Shown piece after piece: positions 1-8,066 of a DNA stretch of 64,000 bases. The position numbers and the translations under genes were made by a program. This DNA is from Clostridia bacterium (GTDB lineage: Bacteria > Bacillota > Clostridia > Oscillospirales > Butyricicoccaceae), in assembly GCA_021205365.1 (NCBI GenBank), contig JAJPXP010000049.1, positions 11,495-75,494 of the forward strand. Direction: 5' to 3'. The number at the start of each line of letters is the position of its first letter. Positions within the stretch are counted from its first letter, which is position 1. Below the pieces are notes generated by a model. That model did no database searches and was not told the DNA's origin. It was given only the letters and a program-made list of their open reading frames with translations.

Positions 1-1266
1 GATGTATCCTATTATGTTGCGGAAGACTCCCCACTGGACAAAGAAGCATACCGCCGCGGCACTTCTGTGTATTATGCCGATCAGGTTATCCCGATGCTGC
101 CGCTGACCCTGTCCAATGGCATCTGCTCACTGAATCCAGGCGTCAACCGCCTTGCTTTTTCTGTTTTTGTCGAGCTTGGAAAGGATGGCTCACGATATTC
201 TGTCGATTTTCACCGCTCCGTCATCTGCTCCTATGCCCGCCTGACCTATAACCAGGTAAACAAAATTCTTTCCGGCGACTGGCAGGAACGGCATCTCCGC
301 CAAGACCTTGCCCCTATCCTGGATGAAATGAATGCCATGGCAAAGGAGCTGCACGCAAACCGTATGCGCCGCGGCGCACTGGAATTAAACATCCCTGAAG
401 CCGTCATCCTCTGTGACCGCAACGGCAAAGCATCCGGTGTGGCAAAGCGCAGCCGCGGTGACGCAGAGTCCCTCATCGAAGAATTTATGCTGGTTGCCAA
501 TGAAGCAGTAGCAGAAGCATTGTACCGCTATCAGATGCCGGCGGTTTACCGTGTCCATGAAGACCCGGATCTGGAAAAGCTCCGTACCTTTGCTACACAG
601 GCGCGCCTGTTTGGCTATCGCCTGCGGGAAAAAGATCTGACGGACACCCATCAGCTGCAGAACGTCCTCGACCATGCCGCAGCTGATCCAGAACAGCAGG
701 CGCTTCCGACTCTGCTGCTCCGTTCCCTTGCACGTGCACGCTATTCACCGAGCTGCACAGGGCATTACGGCCTGGCTGCAAAATATTATCTGCACTTCAC
801 ATCCCCTATCCGCCGGTATCCTGACCTTGTTGTGCACCGTATGCTGACCCGTATGCTTGCCGGCGAACAGAGTTCAAAAAAGCTGACTGAATTTTGTGAA
901 GAAGCATCCCTGCAGTCCACAGACCGCGAACAGGCTGCCGCAGAAGCAGAACGCGATATCGAAAAGCTGTACATGGCAGAATATATGTCCAGCTTCATTG
1001 GACACACCTTTGACGGCTATATTTCCAGCATTACCAGCTTCGGTGTATATGTCCAGCTTGACAATATGGTGGAGGGCATGGTTCGTCTGGATACCATGCA
1101 GAACGACTGGTTTGAATTTGATCCGGACAGAATGACGTTGTTCGGCAAACATACCGGCCAAAACTACCATCTTGGCATGCGTGTCAATGTTACGCTGGTC
1201 AATGCATCCAGTACCTCCGGTCTGATTGACTTCATCTTCACACCAGATGAGCATTCCGTCGGCTGA
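1..1266 (+). CDS. rnr: Ribonuclease R, C-terminal part (5' end outside window)
   Basis: The frame of ORF 67..1266 stays open back to base 1 (DVSYYVAEDSPLDKEAYRRGTSVYYADQ). RNB-type segment HYGLAAKYYLHFTSPIRRYPDLVVHR, then a C-terminal S1 fold (GYISSITSFGVYVQLDNMVEGMVRL). Confidence 0.85.
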   Translation, partial: DVSYYVAEDSPLDKEAYRRGTSVYYADQVIPMLPLTLSNGICSLNPGVNRLAFSVFVELGKDGSRYSVDFHRSVICSYARLTYNQVNKILSGDWQERHLRQDLAPILDEMNAMAKELHANRMRRGALELNIPEAVILCDRNGKASGVAKRSRGDAESLIEEFMLVANEAVAEALYRYQMPAVYRVHEDPDLEKLRTFATQARLFGYRLREKDLTDTHQLQNVLDHAAADPEQQALPTLLLRSLARARYSPSCTGHYGLAAKYYLHFTSPIRRYPDLVVHRMLTRMLAGEQSSKKLTEFCEEASLQSTDREQAAAEAERDIEKLYMAEYMSSFIGHTFDGYISSITSFGVYVQLDNMVEGMVRLDTMQNDWFEFDPDRMTLFGKHTGQNYHLGMRVNVTLVNASSTSGLIDFIFTPDEHSVG

Positions 1267-1282
1267 TTTCTCCCCCAATAGC

Positions 1283-1323
1283 AACAGCGCCCACCTTTTC
1301 AAAAGGGAGCGCTGTTTTTTTGT
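1283..1323. terminator. Intrinsic terminator between convergent rnr and LCP genes
   Basis: Hairpin AACAGCGCCC..GGGAGCGCTGTT followed by a T8 run. Confidence 0.6.
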
Positions 1324-2549
1324 TATCCGGCATCGTCCTCTGTCGGATCAATATCATAGAAAATATAATTGCGCAGGTGAGTTGCCAATACGTCATCGCT
1401 GAACTCAATGACAGACATGCCATCGCGGGTTCCATATTGCCATTCATTATCCAGCGGAAGCCGCAGGTGTTCCATAGACGGGAATCCATGGACAATCGTC
1501 CGCAGTCCCATATAGACGAAGTCTGTTTTGCTCATAGAGGATGTGATGTTCGGCATCAGGCCATGCAGGAACCGCAGCAGCCGGATTGGATTGCTGGTCG
1601 CCTTGGAAAATACCTGATTGAGCACCACAGACTGGCGTTCGGTACGCTGCCAATCGCCGCCAGTATCCCCCTTTCGGATTCGTCCATAGGTCATAGCCTG
1701 GATACCGTCCAGCTTCTGTTCTCCTGCCGCCTCAATGCGGTGCGTCGACATGTTATTGCTCCAGCAATATTCATCAATATACTTATTGGTTTCCGCCAGC
1801 TCTTCCTCAGTCAATGTGACGGTAACACCGCCGACTGCATCGATAATGGATGCCATCTGCGCGAAGTCTACCACCATATACTCCGTAATATTCATATCAA
1901 AATTTTCATTGATGGTTTCCATCATCAGCTGCGGCCCGCCATAGCTGTAGGCATGGCAAATCTTTGTCTTGCCGTAGCCCGGCACCTCCACATAGCTGTC
2001 ACGCATCAGAGAAATCAGCTTGACGGATTTGTTTGCCGGATTTACACTCATAATCATGATAGCATCCGAACGTGTGCCGCTTTCGCCATTATTCGCACGG
2101 GTATCCACACCGAACAGAGCAATATTCATCACACCTTGTTCCGTATGGAATACAAGGCTGCTTTCGTTCGTATCATCATATTCATACAGCGTCAGCAGAT
2201 AGCAGGTATCTGCTACCAGCAATGCGAAAATCAGTACCACAGCGATCAGGATTTTCTTCAGCAACGGTATCCGGCGCTTCCGGCCCTTCCTGCGTTTTCT
2301 GCTGTTTCGATTCTTTCCGATGCCGCCTATGCCCCTGCTGGGGCCAGAACTGCGTGCGCTTCCGGATGCTTTTCTCTCCGGTGTCGGAGCACGGTGCTGC
2401 GCCGTCTCTCGGGATGCCTGATTGTCTGCATATCCATCCCGGCTTTCCTCTTCGTAGGTCCTGCCGGTCTTGGGATTGATCGCACGTCCATACTCGTCCA
2501 CAGGCTGGCCATATTCATCGTAATACTTGAATTTTTTCTTTTTATCCAC
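1323..2549 (-). CDS. LytR/CpsA/Psr (LCP) family cell-envelope phosphotransferase
   Basis: N-terminal basic tail plus one TM segment. LCP core motifs are present: LFGVDTR..RSDAIMIMSVNP..KLISLMRDSYVEVPGYG..KICHAYSYGGPQLMMETINENF. GTG start preceded by GGAAAGGAAG. Confidence 0.85.
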   Translation of the reverse strand: MDKKKKFKYYDEYGQPVDEYGRAINPKTGRTYEEESRDGYADNQASRETAQHRAPTPERKASGSARSSGPSRGIGGIGKNRNSRKRRKGRKRRIPLLKKILIAVVLIFALLVADTCYLLTLYEYDDTNESSLVFHTEQGVMNIALFGVDTRANNGESGTRSDAIMIMSVNPANKSVKLISLMRDSYVEVPGYGKTKICHAYSYGGPQLMMETINENFDMNITEYMVVDFAQMASIIDAVGGVTVTLTEEELAETNKYIDEYCWSNNMSTHRIEAAGEQKLDGIQAMTYGRIRKGDTGGDWQRTERQSVVLNQVFSKATSNPIRLLRFLHGLMPNITSSMSKTDFVYMGLRTIVHGFPSMEHLRLPLDNEWQYGTRDGMSVIEFSDDVLATHLRNYIFYDIDPTEDDAG

Positions 2550-2768
2550 AGGTGAACTTCCTTTCCCCTGTTATGGTTTTGTTATTTCAGTACCTATGAT
2601 ACACGCCTTAGCCACTAGATGCAACCTCACCTACGCGAAATTTCTATAAAAATTCACAATTCCTTTCCATTTGCTCGAAACATGTCCTATTGTAATCATG
2701 CCTCAAATACCGTATAATAAATATATATTTCCTGTGGATATGACAGGAACACAAGGGAGGATATTACT

Positions 2769-3668
2769 ATGGCAAATCCGGTACTTGTCGTTATGGCCGC
2801 CGGTATGGGCTCCCGCTACGGCGGTTTGAAGCAAATCGACCCGGTTGGCCCAAATGGCCAGATTATTATGAACTATTCCATTTACGACGCATGGAAGGCA
2901 GGCTTCCGCCGCGTTGTATTCATCATAAAGGAAGAGCTTCTGGATGCATTCCGTGAGCGCATCGGCATCGCTGCAGAAAAACTCATGCAGGTAGATTACG
3001 TATTCCAGAGCCTGGACCGGCTGCCGGAAGGCTGCTCCGTGCAGGCAGACCGTACCAAGCCGCTGGGCACCGGACACGCTGTTTACTGTATACGCGGCGT
3101 CGTAGATGAGCCGTTTGCTGTCATCAATGCGGATGATTTCTATGGTTCCGAGGCATTCCAGTGCATGTATGACTATTTAAAGGATGCACAGGATGACGAA
3201 ACATATCGTTACTGCATGATCGGCTACCGTGTGGAAAATACCCTCACAGAAAATGGCACTGTTTCCCGCGGGATCTGTGAAGCAGACGAAAACGGCTATC
3301 TGACTGACATCGTGGAACGTACTGCGATTTCCCGCAATGCGGCTGGTGTGATTTCCGATCCGGAAGCCGGTGAAATCGCGGAAGGTACGCTGGTTTCCAT
3401 GAACATGTGGGGCTTTACGCCATCCTTCCTCCATGAACTGGATGCAGGTTTGACCGACTTCCTGCAGAATGAACTGCCCAAGAACCCGCTGAAGGGAGAA
3501 TATTATCTGCCGTTTGCGGTTGACCACCTGATTCAGGACGGACGCGCAACGGCAAAGGTGCTGCAAACCTCTGCACAGTGGTATGGTGTTACCTACCAAG
3601 AGGACAAGCCGATTGTCGTAAAGGCACTGCGCCGCATGACCGAAGACGGCATTTACCCTGCTGAATAA
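2769..3668 (+). CDS. Sugar-phosphate nucleotidyltransferase family protein
   Basis: N-terminal nucleotide-binding signature VVMAAGMGSRYGGLKQ. SD GGGAGGA lies 7 nt upstream of the ATG. Confidence 0.7.
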   Translation: MANPVLVVMAAGMGSRYGGLKQIDPVGPNGQIIMNYSIYDAWKAGFRRVVFIIKEELLDAFRERIGIAAEKLMQVDYVFQSLDRLPEGCSVQADRTKPLGTGHAVYCIRGVVDEPFAVINADDFYGSEAFQCMYDYLKDAQDDETYRYCMIGYRVENTLTENGTVSRGICEADENGYLTDIVERTAISRNAAGVISDPEAGEIAEGTLVSMNMWGFTPSFLHELDAGLTDFLQNELPKNPLKGEYYLPFAVDHLIQDGRATAKVLQTSAQWYGVTYQEDKPIVVKALRRMTEDGIYPAE

Positions 3669-3680
3669 GGAGGCTTGCGT

Positions 3681-4214
3681 ATGGATTTATACACACATGC
3701 CTCTGTATATCTGGACGCTTTTCAGGATGACATGCGCCAGAATTTCCATTTGATTTCCAATGCAGAATACGGTGACCGCCGTTTTCCGCTGTACGGTGTC
3801 CTGCAGATCGAGGAGACAGCAACGCTGCTGCAGCGCAACGGCAAGTCTGCGATCTCCTATGAATTTTGCTATTTTGATGTCTGCCCGCAGCTGACTTCCG
3901 ATGCTGTCGATCTCTATTGCGGCATTCTGAATGATATGGCAGCACGCTATGTCCCATGGACCGAACGCTCTCACAGCTTTTCTATGCTGAGCATGGTTGT
4001 TCTGGTGGATAGCGCCCCAGACAAGGCGCTCATCAAACAGATCCGCAAATATAAGCATGAGGAAAAAAAGAAAAAACCGGAAGATGGCTACGGCTGGTGC
4101 AGCGCACGCCTGTGTATTGTCGACATGAATACCGGCACCTGTTATACCAACAGGCACGGCAGTGCACTTGGCAACCGCGTCAAGCTTACCACACGACGTA
4201 TTGCCCTTGGCTGA
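3681..4214 (+). CDS. Hypothetical protein (177 aa), likely co-transcribed with the nucleotidyltransferase
   Basis: ATG at 3681 lies 7 nt after AAGGAGG, so the TTG at 3675 in the ORF track is less likely. No recognisable motifs. Confidence 0.5.
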   Translation: MDLYTHASVYLDAFQDDMRQNFHLISNAEYGDRRFPLYGVLQIEETATLLQRNGKSAISYEFCYFDVCPQLTSDAVDLYCGILNDMAARYVPWTERSHSFSMLSMVVLVDSAPDKALIKQIRKYKHEEKKKKPEDGYGWCSARLCIVDMNTGTCYTNRHGSALGNRVKLTTRRIALG

Positions 4215-4456
4215 CAGCAGCTTTCCTTTCTGAACAGTAGGTCATTTATGAATCAGGATAAACTGAATTTTATGTTTTCTACGATGGTAGGTCTGATCGT
4301 ATTTCTCTGCTGCAGCCTTTTCTTTGTCAATAAAAAACTGGATTCTATCCTTGAAAATCTGTCCGATATATGATATTATAGGTCTATTGTCGAGTAATAT
4401 CAGTCCGGCACACAAAATTTGCCGTTGTTTTACATGTTTCGGAGGTTGATTTTTTC

Positions 4457-4690
4457 ATGGCTGTTACTATTCTGTCTGTCATTCAGGTGATTGCATGCCT
4501 GTTTCTGATCGTTACCATTCTGCTGCAGAAGGCACCGAGCCGGGGTCTTTCCGGCGCAGTATCCGGTCAGCAGGAAACCTTCTTTGGTTCCAATAAGGCT
4601 ACCGGTATCGAAGCACTCCTTGCAAACCTGACCAAGATTTTTGGAGTCATTTTTGTACTTGATTCCCTGATTCTCGTCCTGCTGGGCTGA
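4457..4690 (+). CDS. secG: Preprotein translocase subunit SecG
   Basis: 77 aa with two TM segments flanking a glycine/serine-rich loop (LLQKAPSRGLSGAVSGQQETFFG). SD GGAGG upstream. Confidence 0.8.
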   Translation: MAVTILSVIQVIACLFLIVTILLQKAPSRGLSGAVSGQQETFFGSNKATGIEALLANLTKIFGVIFVLDSLILVLLG

Positions 4691-4707
4691 GAACTGGTTA
4701 CTGAAAC

Positions 4708-4742
4708 AAAGCGGATGGATTTTCCATCCGCTTTCTGTTTTT
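4708..4742 (+). terminator. Intrinsic terminator after secG
   Basis: AAAGCGGATGGA-ttt-TCCATCCGCTTT followed by a T-rich tail. Confidence 0.7.
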
Positions 4743-4826
4743 CCGACAGCGCAGGTATCAAATATTTGCAGGATATTCCTGTACCCACCTGATGCTGTCC
4801 TATTTTCCTTCCCTGGAGGTATCTTT

Positions 4827-5123
4827 ATGAAAACCGTTATGATTATTTTCCTGATCGGATTCCTTGTTTTCGGCGCAATCGGTCTCTATTTCCGCCTGAC
4901 CCATGACTGGAATAAGCTCACGGTGGAAACTGATAAGCTGGATGAGGATTCCGTTGCCAAGCGTGACGGACGTGCCATGCAGTTCGGCAAGGGCATTACT
5001 GTCAATGTCGAAAAAGCACAGAAAAAAGCGGATAACAAATTCCGTAGCCAGCTTCTGTTTTCTATTCTGTCCGTCATTTGCCTGGTCTGTGCCATCATTT
5101 GCGGCGTCATCATGCAGAGATAA
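4827..5123 (+). CDS. Hypothetical two-TM membrane protein (98 aa)
   Basis: SD CTGGAGGT upstream. Hydrophobic N- and C-terminal segments flank a charged middle region. Confidence 0.5.
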   Translation: MKTVMIIFLIGFLVFGAIGLYFRLTHDWNKLTVETDKLDEDSVAKRDGRAMQFGKGITVNVEKAQKKADNKFRSQLLFSILSVICLVCAIICGVIMQR

Positions 5124-5136
5124 TACAAATACATAC

Positions 5137-5176
5137 AAAAGCCGCCTTTCTCACGAAGAGACTGGCGGCCTTTTTA
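5137..5176. terminator. Shared terminator of convergent genes
   Basis: AAAAGCCGCC..GGCGGCCTTTTT hairpin between the 98-aa ORF and tadA. Confidence 0.55.
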
Positions 5177-5686
5177 TATGCTTGTATCATTTTGTTCTTT
5201 CTGTTGCTGCGCAAGCTGCTTTTCCAGCCTGCGTTTTTTCCGCAGTTCACGGAAAAACGCAGTCAAAATGCCGGAGCATGCCTCTTTCATCAGGCCGCGT
5301 ACAACCTCCGGTTTGTGGTTATACGCTACATCGAACAAATTAATGAGGCTTCCACAAGAGCCTGCTTTCAGATCGTCTGCACCATAATACACCGTTCGAA
5401 TCCGTGCATTGATAATCGCACCGGCGCACATCGGGCACGGCTCCAGCGTCACATACAAATCACAGCGGTGTAATCTCCAGCCACCAAGCTTTTTGCAGGC
5501 CTTCCCAATCGCTTCGATTTCTGCATGGGACAGGGCAGTTTTTTTTGTTTCCCGGCGATTGCGTCCACGCCCCACAATCTTTCCGTCACAGACAACTACA
5601 CAGCCTACGGGCACCTCTCCCTCTTCAGCAGATTTTTGTGCCAGCCGCAGGGCCTCCTTCATAAATTTTTCCTGTTCTGTCACCAT
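5174..5686 (-). CDS. tadA: tRNA-specific adenosine deaminase
   Basis: CDA zinc motifs HAEIEAI and TLEPCPMCAGAI. Start chosen at MVTEQEKFMKEALRLA; the longer ORF to 5842 would run through the upstream gene. Confidence 0.85.
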   Translation of the reverse strand: MVTEQEKFMKEALRLAQKSAEEGEVPVGCVVVCDGKIVGRGRNRRETKKTALSHAEIEAIGKACKKLGGWRLHRCDLYVTLEPCPMCAGAIINARIRTVYYGADDLKAGSCGSLINLFDVAYNHKPEVVRGLMKEACSGILTAFFRELRKKRRLEKQLAQQQKEQNDTSI

Positions 5687-6636
5687 GAGATATGCAAGAC
5701 CTCCAGATTTCCTGATGTAAAATAGATAGACAGAATCAAAACCAGTAACGCAGGAATACTCGTTAATACCGCAAATACGATTTGTCCTGCAGGCAATGCT
5801 GCCGGTCTGCCAAACAATCCCTGCCAGATTTCCTTCAGGCATCCTCTGCGGATGAACAGCACGATACCGATTGCACCCAGCAAGACTTCCAGCAGATAAA
5901 TGATAACTGACAATCCCGCGCCGATCATATCTCCTCCTGCCACATAACCGACATTAATGATCATATATACCGAATTAACGGCAAAATGTGCGCACATGGA
6001 TGGCAAAAGGGAGCCGTATCTTTTTCGAATATAGCCGCCAATGACACCAAACCCAACTGCAAGCGGTAAAATCTCAATGCTGTAGTGTGCCAGCCAAAAG
6101 CCGATTGCCGTCAGGCTGATGGCTGCCCATGTCCCCATGGAACGCTCGGCTGTTTTCAGATAAAAACCGCGGAAGCACAGTTCTTCCACAATCGGCGGAA
6201 CGATTGCCGTGGAAAAGAATTGTACCGCCAGCGCTGCCATGCCCGAAGGCAGCACATATTCCTCTGCAGTTTCCGTCATCCCAAACAGGTTCAAAATCCC
6301 TTCTATTCCCGCACCGAGAAAGCCTGCTGTCAAAGACCATCCCAATACAAGGCCAATGGTCATCAAATACACCTCTGCAGGCGGCTTCTCCTCGCCGACT
6401 AAGTCCCGCGCTGACATACCGGAAAGCTTTGCCCCAATGGAAAACGGAATGGTAAAGACAATGACATATAAAACCAGCTTCAGCAGCTCATACCAAATGG
6501 TCCCCTCTGCAAAATCTGGCAGCAATTGTACCAGCGGATACAGCAGATAATTGATGCCAAGGCTTGCCAGAGTTGTTAATCCTATGATATCCGCACTGCG
6601 GCGTATCTGCCGCCGGACGGTTCGTTCCCAGTTCAT
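5680..6636 (-). CDS. CPBP (CAAX/Abi) family intramembrane metalloprotease
   Basis: Polytopic membrane protein with EELCFRGF and HFAVN motifs. ATG at 6636 is preceded by AAGGAGGG. Confidence 0.8.
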   Translation of the reverse strand: MNWERTVRRQIRRSADIIGLTTLASLGINYLLYPLVQLLPDFAEGTIWYELLKLVLYVIVFTIPFSIGAKLSGMSARDLVGEEKPPAEVYLMTIGLVLGWSLTAGFLGAGIEGILNLFGMTETAEEYVLPSGMAALAVQFFSTAIVPPIVEELCFRGFYLKTAERSMGTWAAISLTAIGFWLAHYSIEILPLAVGFGVIGGYIRKRYGSLLPSMCAHFAVNSVYMIINVGYVAGGDMIGAGLSVIIYLLEVLLGAIGIVLFIRRGCLKEIWQGLFGRPAALPAGQIVFAVLTSIPALLVLILSIYFTSGNLEVLHISW

Positions 6637-6809
6637 CACTGTCCCTCCTTCATTCGTCTTTCCATCATACCACAGTAGCAGCACCCTGTCATGTTTTTTC
6701 CAAAAAATGTGACAACAAAATGCGTAAAAAAGCGGCATCCCGCCTGACAGTATCTGTCAGGTATTGGAATGCCGCCCTTTGATTTGGGATGGTTTTATTT
6801 TATTCTCAA

Positions 6810-6926
6810 TTAATTCTTATTCTGCTCTTCCCAATGCTCCCGGCGAATGCGCTCTCCGAGACGCTCATGAGAAAGCCCTACGCGTCTTGCCTGGACAAGT
6901 CCGCTGAAGAAACCTCTGCTTTTCAT
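6810..6926 (-). CDS. Small ORF P1 (38 aa) MKSRGFFSGLVQARRVGLSHERLGERIRREHWEEQNKN
   Basis: AAGGAGG lies 8 nt upstream of the ATG. Shares the FF-x2-LV-x9-H/N-ER-L/V spacing with P3-P5. A terminator follows at about 6740-6790. Confidence 0.45.
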   Translation of the reverse strand: MKSRGFFSGLVQARRVGLSHERLGERIRREHWEEQNKN

Positions 6927-7086
6927 GCTGATAATCCTCCTTCCGAATGACTGCAGACCCTTTTGCTCCCCAGATCATCTGAGAGTATAGACGAACTAAC
7001 GCCAGCCTGCTATTGCGGTCATTCGTGTTGTTTTATCATTAAGGATTCCACTTCTTGCTACCAATCATACGCAAGAGTAAACTTTT

Positions 7087-7173
7087 TTAGTGTCTGTTAC
7101 GTGCAGTACCCTGAAATCTCTGCTTCTCCCAGTCTCTAACCATCTTTGCTCTCTGGCTATAATACTCAAACAT
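7087..7173 (-). CDS. Small ORF P2 (28 aa) MFEYYSQRAKMVRDWEKQRFQGTARNRH
   Basis: GAGGAGGTG lies 6 nt upstream of the ATG. The N-terminus MF-x-Y-x-SQ matches P3. Confidence 0.45.
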   Translation of the reverse strand: MFEYYSQRAKMVRDWEKQRFQGTARNRH

Positions 7174-7210
7174 TACATTCACCTCCTCGTTGGTATTTTT
7201 ATCCATCGGT

Positions 7211-7315
7211 TTATTTTTCAGATTCATATCTCGGACGATGCATTTCGAAAGCAACCCTCTCCTGACGAAGCTGTTGCTCACGTGCCTTTATAAGCTGGCT
7301 CATATAACCGAACAT
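7211..7315 (-). CDS. Small ORF P3 (34 aa) MFGYMSQLIKAREQQLRQERVAFEMHRPRYESEK
   Basis: AAGGAGTG upstream. Aligns without gaps to P4/P5 over residues 1-21 (M1 F2 L8 R17 E19 R20 V21 identical). Confidence 0.5.
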   Translation of the reverse strand: MFGYMSQLIKAREQQLRQERVAFEMHRPRYESEK

Positions 7316-7350
7316 TCCGCTTCACTCCTTCTTCATAAACCAAAAGGATA

Positions 7351-7458
7351 TTACTTCTTGTTCTGCATCTTTGCACATGCATTGACGCGGCTGCTTACTC
7401 TTTCATTACGCATTGCACGCATCTGCACTTCTACCAGTTCATCAAAAAACTGAAACAT
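7351..7458 (-). CDS. Small ORF P4 (35 aa) MFQFFDELVEVQMRAMRNERVSSRVNACAKMQNKK
   Basis: TAAGGAGGAG lies 7 nt upstream. Near-duplicate of P5. Confidence 0.55.
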   Translation of the reverse strand: MFQFFDELVEVQMRAMRNERVSSRVNACAKMQNKK

Positions 7459-7611
7459 TGCATACTCCTCCTTAGAATCATTTCCAAATAAACATTATCT
7501 TCTTGTTTATTACTTGTGCTTCTTTGCACATGCATTGACGCGGTCGCTTACTCTTTCATTACGCATCGCATGCATCTGTACTTCTACCAGTTCATCAAAA
7601 AACCGAAACAT
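7370..7611 (-). repeat. Tandem duplication (period about 153 bp) carrying P4 and P5
   Basis: 7370-7458 and 7523-7611 differ by 6 substitutions over the first 30 codons (2 synonymous codons, 3 amino-acid changes). The 3' tails differ by an indel. Confidence 0.85.
7510..7611 (-). CDS. Small ORF P5 (33 aa) MFRFFDELVEVQMHAMRNERVSDRVNACAKKHK
   Basis: GGAGGTG lies 8 nt upstream. The 69-aa ORF in the track (7510..7719) is this ORF with an unsupported TTG extension. Confidence 0.55.
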   Translation of the reverse strand: MFRFFDELVEVQMHAMRNERVSDRVNACAKKHK

Positions 7612-7900
7612 GATAGATTCACCTCCAAAAAATTCACGAAGCTGTTTTTTTAGAATTATTGTCTGCAGTCGTTTTCCCCTGCACAATATTCTACGTTTCT
7701 GCTTTCGGCTAGGTTCCAAAGCCCGGAGCTTTCCAGTTTCTTTGGAACGGTTTCATACGACTTTGCCGTATGCTGCTTCCGGACTTCCGTCCTTCAGCTT
7801 GGCTATATCATACACATTTTCCCTCCAGCATGCAACATCCAAACTATATAAATATTGTATAAATTTTTCTGAAACCATTTGTGCATGTTCCATAATTTAA
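7612..7900 (-). promoter_or_regulatory. Long AT-rich promoter region plus hairpin-rich 5' leader of the small-ORF array
   Basis: About 290 nt between the mscS terminator and P5. Minus-strand hairpins: GGAC-GGAA-GTCC (7781-7792), CATACG-gcaaagt-CGTATG (7754-7772) and GTTCCAAAG-18 nt-CTTTGGAAC (7712-7749). No known riboswitch consensus recognised. Confidence 0.3.
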
Positions 7901-8011
7901 CTATTTTCCGTTATTTAATTCACACAATTCATTTTTACATTTTTTGTGCGTTTTCAACATCAATTTTTCATTTGTATTTTTATAATAAAAATCATATATT
8001 CCTCGAAAAAA

Positions 8012-8052
8012 CGGCAAAAAAAGCCTGCTCAGGAGGTATCCAAAGCAGGTTT
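8012..8052 (-). terminator. Intrinsic terminator after the MscS gene
   Basis: Minus strand reads AACCTGCT-loop-AGCAGGC followed by TTTTTTT. Confidence 0.7.
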
Positions 8053-8066
8053 TTATGGAAAAATCC

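Noticed and set aside
1320-2555. 411-aa plus-strand ORF that almost exactly mirrors the LCP gene. Similar long antisense ORFs occur at 11337-13337, 22974-24206, 33532-34713, 34990-35955, 46334-47491, 47488-48243, 48934-49689 and 55562-56806.
   Set aside because: Their translations are low-complexity and rich in Cys, His, Arg and Ile, with no motifs and no SD. The opposite strand encodes clearly recognisable proteins in every case. These are typical shadow ORFs produced by codon bias.
4248-4373. 41-aa single-TM ORF (MNQDKLNFMFSTMVGLIVFLCCSLFFVNKKLDSILENLSDI) upstream of secG.
   Set aside because: The only putative SD is weak (GTAGGT). It could be a real micro-protein, but nothing besides hydrophobicity supports it.
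7087-7281. 64-aa ORF from the track (MSNSFVRRG...) and the 69-aa ORF at 7510-7719.
   Set aside because: Both are upstream extensions of small ORFs P2 and P5. The extensions lack an SD, and the first one overlaps P3 in another frame. Strong SD sequences sit directly in front of the internal ATGs.
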